A stretch of 64,000 nt of DNA from contig CP075497.1 of the NCBI GenBank assembly GCA_021613535.1, positions 11,098,001 to 11,162,000 of the forward strand. Direction: 5' to 3'. Position numbers and translations under genes: made by a program. Below, piece after piece: positions 13,901-24,621 of this stretch (position 1 is its first letter; the number at the start of each line of letters is the position of its first letter). The stretch comes from Adineta vaga. Its lineage: Eukaryota; Animalia; Rotifera. The notes under the pieces are model-generated. The model ran no database searches, was not told the DNA's origin, and worked only from the letters and a program-made list of their open reading frames with translations.

Positions 13901-16585
13901 TTATACAGTGGATCTCTTTCATATGGTGGTGGGTATGGTGGTGGGTATGGTGGCGGATATGGTCCCGGATATGGATTTACAGCATCTGGTTTACCATCAC
14001 GTGGTATCGGTGGATTCAATCGTGGACTAGGTCGAGCTCCTTATAGACAGTTATTCTAAAAAAAAACCATTTATTAATCGATCAAAATCCCGAATGAATT
14101 AATTAAACATGCAGGAACAAAAACAATAATTCTTATTATTGTTACGCTTTTAACCATCTGTCACTCGTACGAATCTATCAGTGACCGTTACAAACGAGTT
14201 CCTTCTCCTATTCTTTTTTTATCTTTCTCAGATTTTTTATTTACACCTTATTTTAGACACATTTTATACTGACTTGTTCCCATTTTTCTACACATCATTT
14301 TATATTTTCAATAAGTTTCAATTTTTTCATTTGGTGTTGTTGTCTTGTGTCTTTTACTTTTTCATGTTTCTATGTCATTTATTAATCTGTATGGTTCGAA
14401 ACGTACAGACAATTGTATTGTGTCATTTGTATCTTTTTTTGTTGTGCTATGTATGTGTTCTCACTTTGTTAGGTTTTTCCAAATTTTTTTCTTTATATTA
14501 GTATAATAAATCTATATCTAAATTCTCTTTTGTTTTCTTTCGTATCGTTTATTAGTTTGCGTGTTTTATAGTAAAGTTGATTCGATAAGGTGATTGATTA
14601 CTTGTTATTGTTGTTGTATATCGTTGATATTATCATTGAATGGATATTTGATTACTTGTTATCAATGTTAATCGTGTCACTTAGAAGTACTAATTAATAT
14701 CTAATCGTTGATTGAAACTAAGGCTAGATAGTTCATTAATTGGTTAGCATGAACAGGTGTGATTGATGTGTCTGTATACCTTGAATACTTGTTGTAATGA
14801 TATTAGAAAAGAAAATAAGGTCAAACATAGTTAAATCAAAGAGAATATCTTTTTCGCTCGTATTCATTTACAATGATTGACCATCCTCTTTTTTTCTTAT
14901 TGTTTCTAGGCTTGCAATCAATTGATTGTTTTTCATTTGAGTTTCTTAAATGAAAATAACTATCAATTTGAAGTGAAATTAGATGGAATCAATGAAAAAC
15001 AACATAAAAATCAAATAAAAAATGTTCAATTTTTCGTAAGATTCTCTTTCGTTTTTCAATCATAATCTTTCGAAAATATCATATGATTTGACTTTTTTTG
15101 TAGCTCAATACATTCAATCCAGAATATACTCAATTTGAACTTGTCTTTCGTTTCTTTTTCTTAATTTGTGCTATTATAACAACAGTATGTAGATAATCAT
15201 TGATTTTTTTTCTATTAAAATTTGTAATTTTAAGTGTCTTTTCACAAAATCAATGCGACGATTTTCAATGTTGGATTGGTCATTGGAACAACGATGGATG
15301 ATATTTCTTCTCATCGGTCTCATTTTCTATAACGGTAAATAAAGTTCATTTGCAATCAAGAAATATTGACTCGATGAAATTATTTTTTGCGGTCAGAATC
15401 TTAATTTACCTTATCATTGCCATAAAAGGTCACCTTTCTATGAATAAATGATACATTGTATGATACTAAATGAGGTGAGAAAATACTCATTATATAAAAT
15501 GAAATGTAGAACAATATACATATCAATTAGTTATATATACATATATGAATTTTAATTAAAATTAAGTAACCTTTCCGAAGCTAAAGATGACATTAGAAAG
15601 GTCAACAAAAGAGTTAAATCATCACGAAGTATATTCATATTTAGATCCATTTTATCCATTAACATTCTTACTGAATAATTCGTTTCCATCGATTCTTGAT
15701 GGACTTTTACAAGCAACGTTTCTATCAATATTATTACTGTTTTGGCTGAGTGTTTATCATGGCATTCGTCAAGTTTGTTAGTTATTTTAATCTTTCATTT
15801 TTTATCGAATTTTTTCTTCTTTAGAATATTCGTCGATTTGTTCCATTTTATCTTCCAAAAATTATTCTTATCAGTATTCTTTGGATCGTTTCCATTGTAC
15901 TTTCATCTGCACGTATAGCACAAGAATTTCGTGATCCAATGTATAACATAACAATCGATATTCGACAATTTACGGTAGAATTATTTGATAGGAAAGAAAC
16001 TGACTTTATTGAACATGTATTTAGACATTTCGTATTCTCTTTTATGTGGTTGGAATACTTTATATTCTATATTTACTATTCCTTATTATTCGAGCATTTA
16101 GTGAACTTCGAAATACACCTTATTTTGGTAATGAAACTATTCTAGTCTAGACAAATAGATTTCTCAAACATTCGGTTTCTTTTGTTTAGACATTCGTTTA
16201 AAATTTACAACTGTGTTAATGCTTTGCATTGTATGCATCTTAATTGTCATTATTACTCTTCGATATGGTTCAAGTATTATGGAAGAAAATTTCGTTCCTG
16301 AATTAGCATCACATTATAAGAATTCAGTTGAATTTCTAACATTTTACAGTGTTATTAATTTATATATCTATATATTGACATACGTATATGGTCCAACAAA
16401 AAATGCGGCATTTGATTCATTATTTCGTGATAATCCAGCATTTTCCATGCTGAATGATTCAGAAGATGACGTTGTTTACGGGTAATATATACAAAAACAA
16501 ATTTAAGGATAGAAAATAAAGCTTTCTTGTTGATCTATTTAGATCTGATCATGAAGTATCTCGTTTAACTTCAAGTGATAAATAA
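7918..16585 (+). CDS. TMEM181: TMEM181 (GPR178; Wntless-related membrane protein), multi-exon, with a 6.4 kb intron 8497-14909 containing two nested genes
   Basis: MRLYALHKRQIAVVFALFFIG...GISGP. The exon ending ...IHCQKQ (8496) splices in phase 0 to ACNQLIVFHLSFLN (14910). Later exons give FNPEYTQFELVFRF, DWSLEQRW, DPFYPL, LLLFWLSVYHGIRQ, FYLPKI and DNPAFSMLNDSEDDVVYG. An acceptor at 7907 implies a short upstream exon (possibly ~7657-7694). Confidence 0.9.
8527..9006 (-). CDS. Nested single-exon 159-aa Pro/Val-rich protein (gene A), antisense inside the TMEM181 intron
   Basis: Clean ATG-to-TGA ORF with coding-like composition and no signal peptide. Its core VRQRLPDPPPDVIERV...PPPVIQERVV is homologous to nested gene B. 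Confidence 0.85.
   Translation of the reverse strand: MAYLYNTVLDVDSSSNHTTFLPCCNTSISIDYQPQHIQEIYYAPEPPPQIQVVRQRLPDPPPDVIERVVVVPQPKQYVYQVVEVPSKPPPVIQERVVHQSPSAPLCGGTYHVKVPPKTNGQATRVVKSTSGLVPSTSFTQPTKVIYSSSPPPPPPQFNF
10236..10243 (+). promoter_or_regulatory. TATA box (TATAAATA) of nested gene B; non-coding exon ends at donor 10322, 5'UTR intron 10322-10759
   Basis: TATAAATA at 10236, AG|GTGAGC donor at 10322, and CACACAG acceptor ending 10759, two bases before ATG 10762. Confidence 0.6.
10762..14059 (+). CDS. Nested 956-aa low-complexity structural-type protein (gene B) on the same strand as host TMEM181
   Basis: Exons 10762-12752, 12820-12871, 12949-13025, 13097-13190, 13282-13622, 13682-13753 and 13816-14059 are all GT-AG, phase-consistent and total 2871 nt. 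Domain order is S/T/G/Y head, shared Pro/Val/Glu/Arg domain, N/H/Q-rich, Gly/Phe-rich, VPVPQPCP repeats, CCPPPPM x9, GGGY tail. AATAAA at 14505. Confidence 0.9.
13399..13587 (+). repeat. Coding tandem repeat, 21-nt unit x9, encoding (C/F)CPPPPM
   Basis: TGYTGYCCACCNCCNCCRATG-type units with mostly synonymous variation. The repeat explains the spurious open frames on both strands. Confidence 0.95.
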
Positions 16586-16985
16586 ACATCTCCTACTTCT
16601 AATTCGAACATTTTATTTCATGTCTTTCATTTTCATTTTTTAACATTATCTCTATTTTGATTGAAAGTCAATTCATCGGATGATGATTAAAAGTCTTACT
16701 CATGATTTTAATTAACTTTCGATCAAAATAGGTATAATTCTTTTTCTTTAATCTAATTCCAAAAATAAAAATTTTCATAATCAGTTCTACAATTTTTATC
16801 CAACTCACTTTTGAAGTCTGTTAATCAAATATGTAAATATTTTGTTGATAAACAACAATACTGAAAATATCCTATGATTTTATAGTTTAATTAAATACGC
16901 ACACACAGTCAACAATTTTAACGTATGAAATCTTATAGAAAATCTTTCACTTATCGTCATATATACATTAAAAACAATTTTTTCA

Positions 16986-18392
16986 CTAAAGTTCATCATT
17001 ATTAATAGTTTGCACAAGAGTTGTAGTACCATTGGCATCAGTGGCAACAGCAGTATTATGTCTTTCATTATTATCGTCATTATCATCATCATCATTAGAT
17101 AGACTATCGACTGATTTAATACGTCCTGTAAATGTTCGATAATTTCCATTTTTTTCAAATGTATCCGATTTATATCCCGAAATATACCGAGGATTTTTAG
17201 TAATTCCATGTTTTTTTCTATGACGTGGCGAGAGTGAAGCGTTATTTGTTGATAGTTGCGTTTCATCAATGGTTGATTTTTTCGTAAAATAACCAAATGG
17301 ACGTACCGGTGGAAAGATATAATTTGTTGTTATTGGCGTTTGTTGATGTTGAAATTGATAAATAGCTGTATCCATGCGATCCGTACTGGAATTGAATGGA
17401 TCAATAATCGTTAATTTATTACAAACACATAATTGTTTTTCTGTGCGCATTAAACTTTTTTCACGTGTATCTTGAATTCGTCTTTCATGAGAATTGATTT
17501 CCGGTGTATGTTGGGATTGATTGCCAAAGAAATTCAATCGATGTCGATGTTGTTCTGGAGAATTTAAAGGATATTGTTGTAATATTGATACATCAGGATT
17601 ATCAGTATTAGTATGTTGTTCTCGTGTTCGAGGTTGAGAAAAAAGTCCTTGATGGTTCGTGGATATTTTACGTGTTCTTGGCAATAGTGTTGGCAATGTT
17701 GGAGTTTTAAAACGATATTCAGTTAAAGCTTGTGGTTGACGTTCTTGTTGTTGAGACTTAGGTGCTGCAACTCGATCATGTCTGGAAATATTAATTGAAA
17801 CACATGTTGAAGGACTCAAAGGATAATCTATTGGATGACGAACAACTTGATGTTCAGCTGGACGAAATCGTTTGATAAGATCATCAACTGCACCAACACG
17901 TACCGCATTGCCTTCAACACCATTTAAATCTTCATTAGCTAAAGTTTTCATTGCTTCGGTTGACAATGTCATTGTTGGTGGTTGTCGTAGAAATGATTTT
18001 GTTGTTCCTGTGCTTGTCGACGGTAGGACTGAACTAATGATATCACTGGCTTCGAAATTGATATGATTTTGTGGTGAAGAATATTGTTGATTTCGTTGAT
18101 GACGATATTGACGACCATTCATTTCACGTAAGGTATCAATATTTAGATCTGATTTCATTCGAAGTTTATAGGCGAGTCGATCGAGTGTTAATGAATTTTT
18201 CGAATCATTCAATAATTGATGAAAAGCAAGTGTAGATGATTCTTGTGTTGGAATCGGACGATTCGAATGTGTTAAACTGTGAGATGCTCTTGGAAAATAT
18301 GGTTTATTCATTGAATATTCACGATATGGATTAGAACTAAAATAATGCTCGAATCGATCTAAACTTTCTTCACTTAATGAATTTCGTGCCAT
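16986..18392 (-). CDS. Uncharacterised, probably disordered Ser/Gln/Arg-rich protein (~468 aa)
   Basis: A long intronless ORF in AT-rich DNA; first ATG at 18392 (MARNSLSEE). No domain recognised. Confidence 0.75.
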   Translation of the reverse strand: MARNSLSEESLDRFEHYFSSNPYREYSMNKPYFPRASHSLTHSNRPIPTQESSTLAFHQLLNDSKNSLTLDRLAYKLRMKSDLNIDTLREMNGRQYRHQRNQQYSSPQNHINFEASDIISSVLPSTSTGTTKSFLRQPPTMTLSTEAMKTLANEDLNGVEGNAVRVGAVDDLIKRFRPAEHQVVRHPIDYPLSPSTCVSINISRHDRVAAPKSQQQERQPQALTEYRFKTPTLPTLLPRTRKISTNHQGLFSQPRTREQHTNTDNPDVSILQQYPLNSPEQHRHRLNFFGNQSQHTPEINSHERRIQDTREKSLMRTEKQLCVCNKLTIIDPFNSSTDRMDTAIYQFQHQQTPITTNYIFPPVRPFGYFTKKSTIDETQLSTNNASLSPRHRKKHGITKNPRYISGYKSDTFEKNGNYRTFTGRIKSVDSLSNDDDDNDDNNERHNTAVATDANGTTTLVQTINNDEL

Positions 18393-18885
18393 ACTCAATA
18401 AATCTAAAGAATATAACAAATATGAATAAATTCGATTGATAAACTATTCGCAACGTGAGAATTAGTTTCAAACATTACAATTAAGTATTTTTATAACAAA
18501 AATATAATATTTATTAGTTCAAATATCACAAGTTTGTAAAAAAGATTTACTTTCATGTCGAAAAAAAATTGTTTGTATCGTTATTAGTCGACCTGTAGTC
18601 ACAACGGCGCTGTCTGTCACTCTGCCATGACGATTATGATAAACATTACATTGTAAGTGTGTGTACACAGGAAAAAAGGATCTTGACAAACATGAGAAGA
18701 AAGAAAATGGATAATTGAAAGATGTCGAATAAGAAAAGTAAAAAAGTTTCTTTAATATGCCCATCGGACGTATAGGTAATGCATAAAATAGAGAGAGAGA
18801 GCGAGAGAGTAAAAAAGAAAAGAACTTTATTAAATTTTTCTAAATAAAAGAAAAGAAAAAGAATTTTTCATTTTTTTTTTAATAT

Positions 18886-19272
18886 TTAATAATTTAATCG
18901 AAGAAAACTGTGAAAAACAATGAGAAAGTAAATGACCCATTTTGATGAACTAATCCATGATGTTCGATTACATAAATCATTTGTACAACATGTTTGACTA
19001 ATAATTGATCCGATATTAATATCCGGAATAAAAGCACAACGTTTTTCTCCACAACCACGTTTTAATTGACCACCAGTAATTGCTTTCCAACAAAGTTTCG
19101 TATTTAAACATTCAATTTCTTGAACATTTCCATCGCCAACATTTTCCGCAGGATTTAAACAAGGATCATTCGAATATTTCTTACTTCCCGTCTTGCCCAC
19201 ACATGAATAACAACGAATTCCAAACACGATTTGAATGTGAAATAAAACGAGAAGATATATGTATAATCTCAT
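18886..19272 (-). CDS. Ly6/uPAR three-finger protein (quiver/sleepless-like), probably GPI-anchored
   Basis: Signal peptide, IRCYSC start, ten Cys, CCTNDLCN terminal motif and a hydrophobic C-terminal tail. Confidence 0.88.
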   Translation of the reverse strand: MRLYIYLLVLFHIQIVFGIRCYSCVGKTGSKKYSNDPCLNPAENVGDGNVQEIECLNTKLCWKAITGGQLKRGCGEKRCAFIPDINIGSIISQTCCTNDLCNRTSWISSSKWVIYFLIVFHSFLRLNY

Positions 19273-20507
19273 TGTGTTTTATTTTACTTGTGTACATAAA
19301 TAAACACGTGAAAAGCAACAATGAAAAAAGAAAACACCTTGATAGAACGAAGAAAGAAAAACAAAAAGGTTTTTCTCTTTTACTCAATCGAAGTTATATA
19401 ATCCTTACGTGTCAAATATTCACTCATATTTTATTGGATTGTATTGATTTGATCATAAGATGATCGATTGATTTTTTTATCAAAAGAAATTGCTCATTTA
19501 ATGAAGAAGACAATAGTCATATCTTATCTTTCGAACCTCACGTTTGTATTCATTTTCTTAGTATTGAATCATCATATTAGTCATTAAATTCAACGAATTG
19601 CTATTTAACCGGAATTGTAATTTATGCTATTTCATCATCGAATGCATACATATTACGAAAGAGAAAGTATACACATATTTAATATGATTAAAGTAAATAG
19701 AAAAGAGAGAATATTGTTCTGATTTCCGTCGTATGTCAATAAATTTAATCTTTCGTTATCAGCAATTGCCTCGAAGCGATCGTCTATTTGCTTTTGAATT
19801 GACAGTCTTCGAAAAGATTTCATCTTTGATGTTTTTCTGTGAAATTCATTGACTTTCTTTTTTCATCTCAAATATTATTATTATTTTTTAGACCATCTTT
19901 TCATAACAGATTAATCAACTTGTTCAAAGATGAAGAAGAAGAAGAAGCCATCAGTTATTTCCAATATATAACCTTGACAAGCATGACGTTTTTTTTTTCT
20001 TCTTCTTCTTCGTTTTCATCAAATTTCAAAAAAAAATATATTAAATCTGTTAGTTTTCTCACCATATCACTGATAGGATCAAGTGTTCTGATAACTGTGC
20101 TCACGTTTATTCGTCGATAAGATTTGACTAGTAGAAGCAAGTACACGTGTCTATGTCGATTTCCTTTTCATCTATGATATTCTTTAAAGTATATCGATTA
20201 CTGAAAGACATGAACATACAATTATAAGATCGAATAGAAAAAGAGCCGAAGGCGTGGTTACTAAACAGTATATCGGAAAGTACTAATCGTTGTTCTCTTC
20301 CGCCTTTGATATCTACTCATATTGATCCATATTGTCAAAGATCAAATAAGGTTAGAAGTTCGAATATTATACATGATTATTTTAATACTTTATTTAAACT
20401 AAAATTTCACACTCATATTGCTCTTTTACAAGTTTCTTCGCGCTCTCTCTCTTTCTCTCTCTTTGGCTTTGTTTTCGTATAATAAAGATAAGAAAAAAAA
20501 AGACAAA

Positions 20508-23350
20508 TTAAAATGAAAACATTGTTTGATATTCAGGTATATGATGATGATGATGGTGATGATAATGATCGAATGAATGATTTGTTGAATAATAATTCAT
20601 ATGAGGATCAATACTAACAGCAGTCATCATTGGTGGAGGAAGATGTTGAGCATAAACATCGAATAATTGATGATGTTGTTGAATGTCATTCGATGATGAA
20701 TCGGAAGATGATTGTTGTTCACTACCAATTGATGTTGCCATCGATCTCAATCGTTCATACCAAACATGATCGTCTTCATAAATTGTTGTCTGCTGTTGTT
20801 GCTGCTGCTGCTGCTGTTGTTGTTGTTGATGATGATGATGAGGATTATTATAAAGAGGCAAGAAATCATTGCCATTGATTGACATTTCCCATTGTGATGA
20901 AATATGTTGTAAATGATTGACATTTAAACCATTTAAATTTACATTTTCTTCTTCATCTTCACGATGATGACGTTGATGATGATGATGACGATGATGATCA
21001 TCGTCATCTTCACTATTATCACTATGATGAACAGATACAGTTAAATGATTATTTCTTGTTGACAAAGTCATTGGGATTGTTGAACATGCTGGTGATGTTG
21101 AAGTATGATTTGAATTCGATGTGGGAAGCATTTCAGGTATCCAAACATTTGCAGAAACAACTATTATATCCGAATGATAGATATTACATCCAGGAGCAAC
21201 AGTAGATGCATGATGAACCAAATGATGAAATGATGAATCATACCATGATAAAGAATGACCTATAATCATTTGTCCTTAAAACAAAACAAAGAAAAATTCA
21301 ATTCATTAGATATACCTTTTGTTTTTCTCTATTCAACGGTAAGAATAAACAAGCCATAGGCAATAACAGCAAATAATCCGTTATGTATACATATCTTTCT
21401 CTCTCTCCCTCTTTCTGTCTTTTTTTTCTTCTCTTCCGATACCGGTTAGGATCATTGAAAGATGATGGGCCACTTTTCACTCTTTTAAGTTATTGGATAG
21501 ACAACTTGATTTTTTGCCCTATCATTGTATGAGTTTTGATATTGAGAAATAAAAACATACATCATATCAAACAAAACAGCGGTAGACACTCATCGATTAG
21601 TGAAGAGGAACTAGTTTGAATGATGTAATAATCACTAACGAGCAAACAAGAACAAGCAACTAATTGAAAGCGGCATCGATTCTTTTATACTTTGTTTTTT
21701 ATAGTCACAAAATTAACTAAAAGCAAATGAGATACGTGATGATTTACTTCTATCGGTTAGTGTCATTCTAGTAAAAGATCAAATGTAGATGTACAAAGAA
21801 CAAGAGAAAATTTGACCGACTGATTCTAATGACTATTATATATTTTGTATGATAAATGGGCGGAGGCACGCGACCACTGGCCAGCTGGGACAATAGGAAA
21901 AGGAAAAAGAATCAAGTAGAACATCTTTATTTTGAGACGAGAAAACAATTCTCATTAGCTTGAAATGATGATAAATGGATTTGAAGTGGAAACGATAGAT
22001 AGATAGATAGATAGATACTTATTTAGTTTATAGACGAACAGATAGAATAAACACTTTTCATTTTCATTTTTATTCTTCATGTCATTGTCTCCGGCAGCTG
22101 ATTTTTTATATTACTAATTCGTTTTTCTCAAGTGTATTGAATCATCATCATCATCATTTGTCCATTTTTTCGACTAAATTGTTTGCTTCCTTTTTGTTTC
22201 AATCTGTTTATATTTGAACACACACTTCTATTCGATTTCGTCTGATTGGCAAACAAAACTTCGAGACAAATGATGATGATAATAATATTATCATCAACAC
22301 ATTCACACTATTTCAAGTGTTCGATTGGCAATATCTTATTTTTTCTTGCCTTAAGTCAACTCAGTCAGCAACACGAAAAAACAACGAAGTATCCCCTAAA
22401 GAGAACTTAACAAAAAGAATAACTACTGTTTTCTAACAAAACATGAAAACATCGTGTCTAGTTTCTTGTTTTACACATGTATCAACGTATGTCAATGATT
22501 AGATAGTTTTTCAATTTAAATAAACATATAAGCACATGTGTGTGTGTGTGTATTCGAAAGGATAAGAAAAATAATTCACCGATTTGTTTGATCAATAAGA
22601 ATACTTTATTCCGACTGGTTACTTATATAAGAGTCATAGAAAATGTGTCTGATCTGTTAACGCTTATTAAGTTGATAACTAATGATCTACCTATATCTTA
22701 CCTTCATTAGTTTCTTCATTTGTTATTGGTGTACAATCAAGAATAATCTTTTTTTTTGTTAAAGCTGGACAATTATTTCCATGAGGATGAGATGGATGTG
22801 AACGAAAACGATGCGATGGTTGTGGTAATGGATGAATTGAATCCGTTTGAGATGTACTACTCAATAGACGATTGAGAAATGAAATATAATCAATTGCTAA
22901 ACGAAGGGTATCAACTTTGGATAAACGTTTTTCATAAGGATGTACAGGTATATGTGTACGTAAACCTTCAAAAGCATCATTGATTGATTGCATACGTTTT
23001 CTTTCACGTAGATTAGCTGCATGTCGTTGACCATGATTATTATTTTGATAATCAGTTTCATTGAGATCATCCATATCAAATGTATCGAATGCATCATAAG
23101 AATGAATTGATTTGGATGATCGTTTAAGATTTGATCGTTTCTTAACGGGAAGAGATTTTCGACCATTTTTAATTGAAATTCGTTTGGAAATTGGTGAACG
23201 TGGAGAGTATTTTTTTGATAATGTTGATCGACGCGTAGGATTGCCATAATCAACTAACATTTCATCTTCATCAAATTCATCACTTTCATGATCAGAAAAA
23301 CTCTTCGAACTTGAAGGCATTTGACCAGTTTGATTTAATAATAAACGCAT
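20508..23350 (-). CDS. PTF1A: PTF1A/Fer1-type bHLH transcription factor, two exons (23350-22702 and 21274-20508), ~471 aa
   Basis: The bHLH is [28 protein letters not shown]...[16 protein letters not shown] phase-1 intron (22701-21275) joins it to the RBPJ-binding motifs C1 GHSLSW and C2-like VWIPE, so the two track ORFs are one gene. Confidence 0.92.
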
Positions 23351-24621
23351 TGATAGAATATTTGTGTTTGATAAAAGGAAAAAGTCGTTTGAATAATCTA
23401 ATCTTTTTTCTTGCTCTCTCTCTCTTCTTCTTCTTCTTCTTCTTCTCTCTATTGCAAGCAATAACAATAATATCGATGCAAATATAAGAGAGCGAGAAAG
23501 AACGAATAACGGAATAGAATCGCGAAGAAAATAATAACCAATAGGAAAACATTAGAAGCGATAATTTATCGATGTAGATTGAAAAAGAAGAAAAAAAACA
23601 GAAAGAAGAAAAAGAAAATTTAAGGTGTTTACTGATGACGTTTGATTTTTCTATGGATCATTTAATATAGAAAAAGAAAACAAAATGACAGAGAAATGAT
23701 TTTTATTCATCCTATTATATAAAATCTTTGGGCAGATTTTTCTCGTTCACATAAACCTTTTCAAATAGATGTTTCTTCTTTTGCCAAGAAAAAAAATAAA
23801 TCCGGTCGTATTCCCATCGATTAATTAATCAAAACCATGAATCATTTTAATATAGAAAAGAAAATGATTTCATCATCATTCATTATTCGAATGTTTTTAC
23901 CTGAGCTTATGTTTAGCGATGCTTGATTGCTTTTCTCAATACTGATGATACGTATGTGTATATGATTGAAATTAAACAACACTCAAGATTGAATGTAGAA
24001 CGTATGCACGAGTCTGCTTGAGGGCAACAAATTTGTCAATGGAGAAAAAGATCAACGACCGTAAGTAACATCGAACTGATCATATAGTTGTTAATCTCTT
24101 CATGAACAATACATGAATTACGTATGATATACGAATAAGTGGGATGGATAACAATGAATGTGTCATATCAGATTTGATTTTTTACTTTTCTCTTCATCAT
24201 TCAAGTGTTTGACTATAGATTGCAGGTGGGTGGAACAAGGAACAGTTAATTAAAAAGAAGCAAGAATTCTTTTATTTGAGCTTATGAATACAAAAGGAAA
24301 ACGACAGCTGGTTATATCGACTAAATGACAACTAATCATATGTTTACTAAATGGTATTGTTATTTCAATGTGAACATGACTATACTTTGTTAACGGATAA
24401 TTTACCTAAGCAATATACATAGCTGTTCGTCTTTCGTTTCTTGACAAACAATATTAGTTGTCAATTGAAAAAATATCAGGAGAACGACGTTTTGTAATTA
24501 AGAATTGAATAGGGAAAGAAAACGTTTTCAATGTTGATAGAAATATAGAAAGAATAGATTGCTTTGATTGGTTTGAAATATATTTCTCTTATCAGAATTG
24601 ATTCAAAGAATCTTTTTTTCT

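Noticed and set aside
14181-14501. Hydrophobic 106-aa ORF
   Set aside because: This is the T-rich 3'UTR of gene B, with a GTG start.
15335-15645. Longer TMEM181 intron with a TCACCT...AGGTGA stem, possible intronic snoRNA
   Set aside because: No convincing C/D boxes or two-hairpin H/ACA structure by eye; an Infernal/Rfam search would be needed.
20508-21269. Stand-alone His/Gln-rich 253-aa gene
   Set aside because: It is exon 2 of PTF1A (HSLSW and VWIPE motifs, phase-matched splice sites).
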